64,000 nt of DNA from Chrysomallon squamiferum (lineage: Eukaryota > Animalia > Mollusca): contig CM022669.1 of assembly GCA_012295275.1 (NCBI GenBank), positions 4,588,001 to 4,652,000 of the forward strand, given 5' to 3'. A model generated the notes under the pieces. That model was not told the origin of the DNA. It worked only from the letters and a program-made list of their open reading frames with translations, and ran no database searches. Below, piece after piece: positions 55,912-64,000 of this stretch; the first letter of the stretch is position 1; every line of letters begins with the position of its first letter. Both the position numbers and the translations under genes were made by a program.

Positions 55912-58634
55912 AATCTAAAGAACAGCTATAACCAAAGTAAATATGTGAAATAAGAGAAATTATTTAAAGTTCAAGTCTAGAAGGTGATTTGAAATGTAAT
56001 AACATTATTCTCAGAGTATCGGTGAAAATTGAGTCCTATAAAAAAACAAAATTAATTTATCTTGTTTTTTTTCTGGTTAATTAAACATCTAGATATATCA
56101 CCATAGATAAAAATTAAGTAAAACAATAAAACCATTTTAATATTGCCCTTTGTGTACTTATTTTTCTCTGTTTCTTACAACAGACACACACACACTTACA
56201 GACATAAAAAATCACAAAATAGTTGGCAAGGTGCAGTATTAGTGATGTGAACAAGACAACTGAAAAAAAAAATGTATTTAACAAAACACTCAACTTTTAA
56301 TCCACATATGATAAAAGACCATTCAAATATCAGAAGAAAATAAAATAAAATAAATAAGTAAATAAGTAAGTAAATAAGTAAGTAAATAAATAAATAAATA
56401 AATAAATAAGTAAATAAGTAAGTAAGTAAGTAAATAAATATATATATAAATAAGTAATTAAAAAAGAAAATAAATAAAAAATGCTGTTACCACTCTGCCA
56501 TTGATCATTTTTAATAATCATTTCCACTACAGAGAACAGATCCTGCAGCCTTTCAGCTTGTGTGATCTAACCACTGATGTACACAGCATGTGCCAACCTT
56601 CATGCATCTAAATACAACATAAAAATTAAAGAAACACAAATATTTATTAGCATTCATCTGTGAAGTTCTGAAGATCAGTGTAAAGTCTCACCTTTCTGAC
56701 TGTAGTGAAAACAGCATGTGTCATTTCTGTGTGATAAAACTTTAGAGCGTCAGTTTATATCTTATACACACACATCTGAAAAGCATCTATTAATGTACAG
56801 AACTTGAAAAGAAGTAATATTTCAGCTAAATAAGTCAGACACAAGTATTTTTACTTAGACAACTACAGCTGTAAATAGTTTACACAGCAAACTGCGTTCA
56901 AGTGTTGATAATATAAATAATTGGTTAGAATTTAACTATTTTACACAAAAAATTTGACATCTTAAAGCCAGATTAGTTGGAATTTTTTTTTTTTTTTTCC
57001 TTTTTAAACTTTTGTTTATGTTTTATTCTGGGGCAACACTGTTATGCAAACATCAAGTGTCACAAATCATGAAAAATATGATTTTCTAAATCACAATTTA
57101 TCACCCTGACAAAAACTGTGTTACAGTGCTGAATTGTATACTTAATGCATCATTTGTGTCACCTTTCCTTCACCCATATAATTTCTTTTCCCAAGTGGCT
57201 ATAACTTCATGTTTCCTTCTGGTTTATTTGTTTTCCAGTGGGTTTTTTTATATATAAATATGCATATGTATACCAGTTGTGTAGCAATGGTTCAGGAACA
57301 AGCCTAATTATAATCAAGGTTCACTAAGGAGATCTGATCCAAGTGCAACAAATGAGCTAAATCCAAACACATTATATCAACAACAGAAAAAAGGATTTAC
57401 CATGTCTGTCTATTCACCAATGCACATTTATACCATAATTATATTATTACAGAATAGAAAATGCTTCTAATATTTTTGTTAAAAAATGCTAGCATTATTC
57501 ACACACTTATTGAGAAGAAACCCACTTTAATTTTCCCCCAATTTGGAATATTTCCTGTTCTAAAAGTACTCTACAATTTGCTTACTATTGTGCTTAAATT
57601 AGCATCTATGAGAAGGTCTTTACAAAACATTTGTTTGCTGCTAATCAATAAAAGTAGCCAAGTAGTGTCTTTCATTTTTAACATATATCAAAAATCAACA
57701 TATTTTATATATGACTAATCTTTAATGCAAAAATCTTCTTACGTGAAAAATACAAATTAAGAGTTTTTAAATGTAAATAGATAAATCTTCTTCCATTTCA
57801 ATTTCTACTAAACAAAACAGGACTAAAAACTATTTATAAATAACTGAATCTGATTTCAGTCAAGCATTAACTATCTGAATCTGAGTCAATATGAGTAACA
57901 AATTTTAGAAATATTTACGAAATAATATAAACAATAATAAAAATGTTACCAAAAATACATGAAAATAATAAAACAACCAAAAAAAAAGGTCTGTTGTCAA
58001 GATTCAGTGTAAATTGGTTTCAAACCCATATCATACATCAAGTTAATTTCTGAACTTTTGTGATTTATTAAAAATAATATGGTCTGAAGTCAAAAGATCA
58101 ATGTCCCAATTGTGTGCTAGATTTGTCCAAGTTTGATCTTTGAGTTCAGATTAGCATAACTTTTATACATGGTTTATTTTATTTTATTTATTATTTTTTT
58201 CGATGTTTTTGTTTTTAGGGGCTTTTTTGTTGTTCTTTTTTTACCATTTGAACTGTTTCATAATGAAACATTTTACAACTGTGCAACAAGAAACATCTGC
58301 TCGTTTCACCTGTCTTACAGTAAGAGACTAGAATAACTGTGTAATATACAGTGTATTTCTATACTGCCTTTTAACGAATCAAGTTAAAAAAACCTTGTCC
58401 TGCTTTCTTTTCTTTCTCTAAATAAAACAATTGACCACCACAATACATCTTACAGACAGTATACTTTCTTATCAAACATGTTACAAATGTCATTCATACA
58501 TATATCATTACTTCTTTTTCTTTTCGTCTATAAATAAACAAGTTTACAAATACCATGTTTCTCAAAAGATAATTCATTGTTTGTAAACAACTAAAATAAC
58601 AGTGAATTCCAAATAAAGAGAGTGTGTTATGAAG

Positions 58635-58961
58635 TGGTTTGTGAGAAGTCATAACTGTAACACTGGTTTGTGTGAAGTCATAACTGTAACACTGGTTTGT
58701 GTGAAGTCATAACTGTAACACTGGTTTGTGTGAAGTCATATCTGTAACACAGGTTTGAGAAGTCATAACTGTAACACTGGTTTGTGTGAAGTCATAACTG
58801 TAACACTGCTTTGTGTGAAGTCATAACTGTAACACAGGTTTGTGTGAAGTCATAACTGTAACAATGGTTTGTGTAAAGTCATAACTGTAACACAGATTTT
58901 TGTGAAGTCATAACTGTAACACTGGTTTGTGTGAAGTCATGACTGTAACACTGGTTTGTGT
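58635..58961. repeat. 29-bp minisatellite (gtgtgaagtcataactgtaacactggttt) x~11
   Basis: Contiguous near-identical copies, no spacers. Confidence 0.97.
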
Positions 58962-59669
58962 AAAATCCAATTTACTGTTATTAAGTGTTTAAGGAGAGAC
59001 ATGAACTGGATTGTGAAAGCCCCATATATCAGTCACTTATGTAATACTGAATAATCTGATTAATTTAACATTTAAAATACTTCATTAACAGACTCTAATA
59101 AATAATAACATTTTTCCCCTTTCCTTTTAGATAATAATCTTTTCTTTTAAGAAACACAATTTACTTTTTGAAATTTTATTTACTTATTTATGTGTGTATT
59201 TGTGTGTGTGTGTGTATATATATATGTGTGTGTGTGTGCACATGTTTTTCAAATAGCCAAACTCTCAAAAAACAAACAAAATAACTTCTCAATATATGTT
59301 ACAAAATTTAAAATAATAATAATAACAACCCAATTCTAATCAAACTTACTACTGCTACGATGACAAAGTCATCTGCTCTGAACAGAACTGCAGAAAAAAA
59401 CAAACAAACAAGGAATAGAAAGTAAAATAAAGCTGCATGACGTAATGTTAGACAATTGTCTAGCATGACATTATATTGATCTGAAAACAGCTTACACATT
59501 CATAACTCTCAGTCTAATCCGGTTGAGTTCATCTCCTCTTGAAAAGAAACCAAATTTACTTCACATTGTTATGAAATTATGGATTTTCTAGTCAATAATA
59601 CCATTATCTGAGTATTCCCAATCAATACACCTTACACAAATGCACACATGCACATGTAATGTAATTATA

Positions 59670-59703
<34 letters not shown>

Positions 59704-60599
59704 TCCCTTCCTTTTAATATATATCATAACTAAATGAGCTCTTTTTTTTCTTCTTTCTAATCTATAATATAAAAATATACAAAAATTTCATTACTTGAAT
59801 AAAACGAAAATAGAAAGTTATTTAAAAATAAATACAAAAATCTTCTTCCATTTCAGTTGTTACTAAAAAAAAAAAACAAATTAACAGGAATAAAAATTGA
59901 CATGAATAACAGAATGATTTCAGTTAAGCATAAAATTTCTCAGTCTGTGTGGAAAAAAGAAATTGTGAAATAATACGAACAGTAACAAAAATACATGAAT
60001 ATAAATTTTGAAAAAAAAGAAAGAATGGTTACATTCACAGATTATTAAACTATATTATATATAAACAGACAGACATGCACCAATGTGCAGACATATAGAG
60101 ATAGATGTTGCTAAAAAAAAAAAAAAAAAAGGCACAGTAATCTCATCATTACAATGGTTTTGATTATTGCAGAAGCATTTTATTACAATTATCCCTTGAT
60201 ATTTACAAAATAAAATTTAAATGGTGCATTTAAAAATGTTTGAAAATGGCAGACAAATCTCATTACACAGATAACATTTAAAAAATACAGATATGAAGGT
60301 TGCCATTATTTTTAACACAGTTGGAAAAGGAAAACCAATTTTTTTTTTTTAAATTTGTTACAGGAACTAATGAGAAGTTCATACACTGTTTTTTTTTTTT
60401 TTTTTTTTAAATTAACTGGTGGTTTTGGGTTTGTTTCTTTGTTTATTTATTTTTAAATTATCAGGTGGTTTTTTTGTCTGGGTTTTTTTATCACAAAGAG
60501 AGCAGCTGATGTTTTTAAATTTTGGATTTACAATTTAAGTGATGTTCACTAACAAACAATATCAAAGTCTGTGAGGTGTGATTTCCTGATTGTCATCAA

Positions 60600-60850
60600 A
60601 TGTGTGTGTGTATGTGTGTGTGTATGTGTGTGTGTGTATGTGTGTGTGTGTATGTGTGTGTGTATGTGAGTGTGTATGTGAGTGCATGTATATGTGTCAG
60701 CTTCTGTGTCTGGGTGTATGTGAATGTGTTTGTGCATATGTATGTTTGTATATATGTATGAGTGTGTATGTGTGTATGAGTATGTGTGTATCAGAGTGCA
60801 TGTGTATCTGTATATGTGTCTGTGTATGTGTGTGTGTGTCTATGAATATG
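60600..60850. repeat. Degenerate (TG)n tract
   Basis: Visible. Confidence 0.95.
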
Positions 60851-61050
60851 AATAATGTGTATGAAGTTTAAATCTTGTAATAACAACATTTCATTTCTTT
60901 AATTTTTTTTTAATATTGCAACAATTATTTGTTCCTTTCTTAGCATTGATCAGTAACTGAAGTCATTTCATGAAAAAAAAAATGGTATTACACAGTCACT
61001 TTACGAAACAGCCAAAAATGTTTTAGTAAGCCATGTATTAAAAATAGAAA

Positions 61051-61159
61051 ATATCAATGAACATTTAATAATAATAATAATAATAATAAAAAATATTTAA
61101 AAAAAATATTTAAAAAAAGTAACTTAAATATTTGTTCCATTAAACATATCAATGAACAT

Positions 61160-61194
<35 letters not shown>

Positions 61195-61247
61195 TATTTA
61201 AAAAAGAATATTTAAAAAAAGTAACTTAAATGTTTGTTCCATTAAAC
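61051..61247. repeat. ~95-102-bp tandem duplication x2
   Basis: atatcaatgaacattt(aat)n...gtaacttaaat.tttgttccattaaac at 61051 and 61146; copies differ mainly in aat number. Confidence 0.95.
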
Positions 61248-61849
61248 AAATGTATTATCAGTCTGGTATCAAATGGCCGCAGGCTAAATACACATGTATT
61301 TATTACACAAAATACTTGGGGCATATGATAGCCTTGTCTGTTACACACATCTGCTACATCAAAATACAAACCATCCATTTAGCAATGAAATGAAATTGTT
61401 AATTTTAGAATTAATAAAAGCAGAAGCAGACAGTTTACATCCTTTCAGCAGTGTCTGCAGATTAAAGCTCTCTTACTTTATAGCTCAAATAAAATTATAA
61501 TTAGGAGAACATGCGGAACAACAATGTGTATTTAACTGTGTTGAAAATAATCAGTCTCGACTCAGTGTTCATTTAACAACACAAAACAGTCTGTCTGTAT
61601 AAGTCTGTTAGTAATTTGATAAACTGGTATTGTTTATCACTTGTTTTACTTTAAAAAATCAAAAAATTCAAAGAAGCAGGTCTTTGCAGTGAGTAAAGGT
61701 ATTTCTCTGTTAGAAATGGTCTCCTTTTTTTTTAAATTTCTTAATTTTTTAATATTACTTCTGTAAATATAGTGTTATTTTAAAATTATTTTTTTTTTCT
61801 TCCTGCAAATATGTTCTTATCAACTATTTTATTGCAAGTCTAATATTAT

Positions 61850-62215
61850 TGTGAACAATTTGTTATTTTTCAAATCTATTTTAGTGAGCAATTTGTTATT
61901 TTTCAAATGTATTTTAGTGAACAATTTGTTATTTTTCAAATATGTTGTTATGAACTATGCATTACTTTTGAAAAATATTTTAAAACATTTGAAAAAAAAA
62001 AAATAATGTTGTTATTATGAGTAATTTATTTTTCAAAATGTTAGTGAGAACTAACTGTTATTCTTAATTGTCTTTAAACAATTTGTTATTTTTCAAACTG
62101 GTTACAGTGAACCATTTATCACTATTCAAATACATTTTTGTGAACCATTTATCACTATTCAAATACATTTTTGTGAACTATTTATTATTTTTCAAATACA
62201 CTATTTTGAAACATC
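61850..62215. repeat. Degenerate ~33-bp minisatellite (gtgaacaatttgttatttttcaaat.tatttta)
   Basis: Multiple diverged tandem copies. Confidence 0.85.
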
Positions 62216-62689
62216 TATTTTATATTATACTTTTGTCAAATAAATATCATCAACTCAGAAGTAATTAATTAAAATAACCATTAACATTAAAATCCTAACA
62301 GATTCAAACATGTAATAATAATATACTGCAGGTATATCTGACACTAACACATTTCAGAGCAAAATACAATACTTTTTAGAACATATTGATATCAAGTCAC
62401 TGCATAATACATTTTACATGTGACTTTACTAAAGTTAGCTGTTACTTTATTTTCCATTCCAACCACTGTCTCCTGTTTGGCTATCAGTTGTTGAGATTGT
62501 GATTTTGTACATGAAAGTGGATGCTAATGAAAAACAAAACAGGTTTTCTTCAAAGACCATGTGTCAAAATTAGTGTCAAACGACTGATGTACAAAGCTGA
62601 TGAAGGAATAACTAATCACTCAGCAGTTTTGTTAAACTAATCCAACTGTCAGCATTAACCTGTACATTGTACCTGCTCATTAATTCCTA

Positions 62690-63058
62690 CCTCACTCTTT
62701 TCAGTGAATGCAAGTTTTAATTATTAACTTATTCATTCAACCTGCATCTCATCCACCCTCACTCTTTAAATGAATTCAATTTCTAATATTAACCCACAAA
62801 TTCACTCTGTTCATAATACCCTAAAGCTGTTTGTTCAACAAGCCCAAATTTTATTATTCATCCACTAATATCATCCACACTCTATTTTTTAAATGAATCC
62901 AATTTCTGGAATTAACCCAGTAATTCTGTCTGTACTTATTTCCACATCCCCATTTTTTCAACGCCCAAATTTTATTATGAACCCACTAATGATATCCATC
63001 CGTACTTTTTTAAAATGAATCCAGTTCTTAGTATTATTAACCCACAAATTCTGCCCAC
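62690..63058. repeat. Diverged ~120-bp tandem repeat x~3
   Basis: gcccaaattttattat..ccactaat..tttttaaatgaatcca..ttaaccca recurring. Confidence 0.75.
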
Positions 63059-63519
63059 TTTTTACCTACCATCACACTCAGTCACAACCCCTGCAGCTCA
63101 CTGTGACAGAGGTCACACCCATGCTTGCTTGCAAGAATGGACCACTGAATTTAAACCTAAGCCTGGAAATACTGATAGCTATTTGTACCAGATGCTAACG
63201 ACTGCTGAAGATCAAGGTAATACTTCTAATGGTTTTCTACTGTAATTAAAAAGAAAAGATACTCTATCCTTTTAGCCTAATCCCATGACTTACAAACTAC
63301 ACTGTATGGGCAGTGAAGTGTCTACTGTTGGTGGGAGGGTGGAGGGTATCAAGACTACTTTCTTTTCACATGGTGTTTATCAGATTTCAAACATTATAAA
63401 AAGCTAGATTATTTATTCCTGTTGCTAATTAGATGCTATTAATGAAAACCCCAAATTGTCATGTTGATGCCAGATAAAGAAAAGGCAAGCCAGTCCAGAT
63501 TTGGTTGTATCAGAAGTAG

Positions 63520-63765
63520 TAAGTCATATTAGGTCAGGTCAAATCAGCTGAGGTCAGGTCGGGTAAAGGTCAGGTAAGGTCATATTAGATAAAGTTTAGA
63601 AGGCGAATCAGTTTAAGTCATGTTAGATCAAGGTGAGCTCCTTGTGAGACTGGAGAAGGTCAAAATATATCAGGTTAAATTTGATCCATTTAGTTAACTA
63701 AGGTCAAGTGAGATCATGTCAGGTCATGTCACATTAGGTCAGAATGGGTCAGGTCAGATCCAGGA
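63520..63765. repeat. Decayed (AGGTC)n pentanucleotide satellite
   Basis: aggtcaggtc / aggtcat / agatca with ~5-nt periodicity. Confidence 0.8.
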
Positions 63766-63869
63766 GATAAAATGTGTAATTAAAATTAATATTAACAATC
63801 CTTAAAATATATGAGATACAATAATATATGATATAGAGACAATGTTATAATTTATTTATTTATTAATTT

Positions 63870-63889
63870 TTGTTGTTGTTATTATTATA

Positions 63890-63940
<51 letters not shown>

Positions 63941-63952
63941 ATTATTATTATT
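63870..63952. repeat. (ATT)n microsatellite
   Basis: Visible. Confidence 0.95.
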
Positions 63953-64000
63953 GACATACACAAATGTACCTGCATTGTCCTTCAAGGAACAAAAGCTGAA

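Noticed and set aside
58635-58961. 29-43-bp direct-repeat arrays (also 1-220, 8311-8480, 30900-31158, 36145-36678) as CRISPR
   Set aside because: Units are contiguous with no unique spacers, no cas genes, and the context is eukaryotic; these are minisatellites.
63097-63216. 120-nt open + strand exon candidate (HCDRGHTHACLQEWTTEF...) resembling RINGv HxxCLxxW
   Set aside because: His-Cys spacing is wrong, other zinc ligands are absent, the acceptor lacks a polypyrimidine tract, and phase 1 is incompatible with the upstream candidate exons.
63520-63765. Dense AGGTCA half-sites as a nuclear-receptor super-element
   Set aside because: Explained by a decayed (AGGTC)n satellite.

Overview
This is eukaryotic (animal) genomic DNA: very AT-rich, strongly CpG-depleted and saturated with micro- and minisatellites ((CA)n, (GA)n, (TATG)n, (AAT)n). 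The texture resembles mollusc/cephalopod-type invertebrate genomes, but the taxon cannot be established from sequence alone. None of the supplied ORFs looks like a real protein: almost all are translations of simple repeats, and I recognised no protein family, rRNA, intact tRNA, CRISPR array or autonomous transposon. The best-supported structure is the 5' end of a large + strand gene. It includes a 39-nt exon with near-perfect splice signals (26768-26806) ending exactly in ATG, and a CpG-dense CCAAT promoter (~38320-38475) followed by a 12-codon ORF running into a consensus CAG|GTAAGT donor (38779). Further CpG-retaining islands (~11.6-12.4, 21.7-22.4, 39.7-39.9 kb) are probably promoters or enhancers. 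Other notable structures are a ~240-bp AT-rich foldback palindrome (12387-12628), a cluster of four same-strand Pol III B-box-like motifs (37016-37305), two DR4-type nuclear-receptor elements upstream of the putative promoters, and several local duplications. I cannot demonstrate a novel biological system; gene-structure calls are hypotheses from splice and promoter signals only, and repeat boundaries are approximate.
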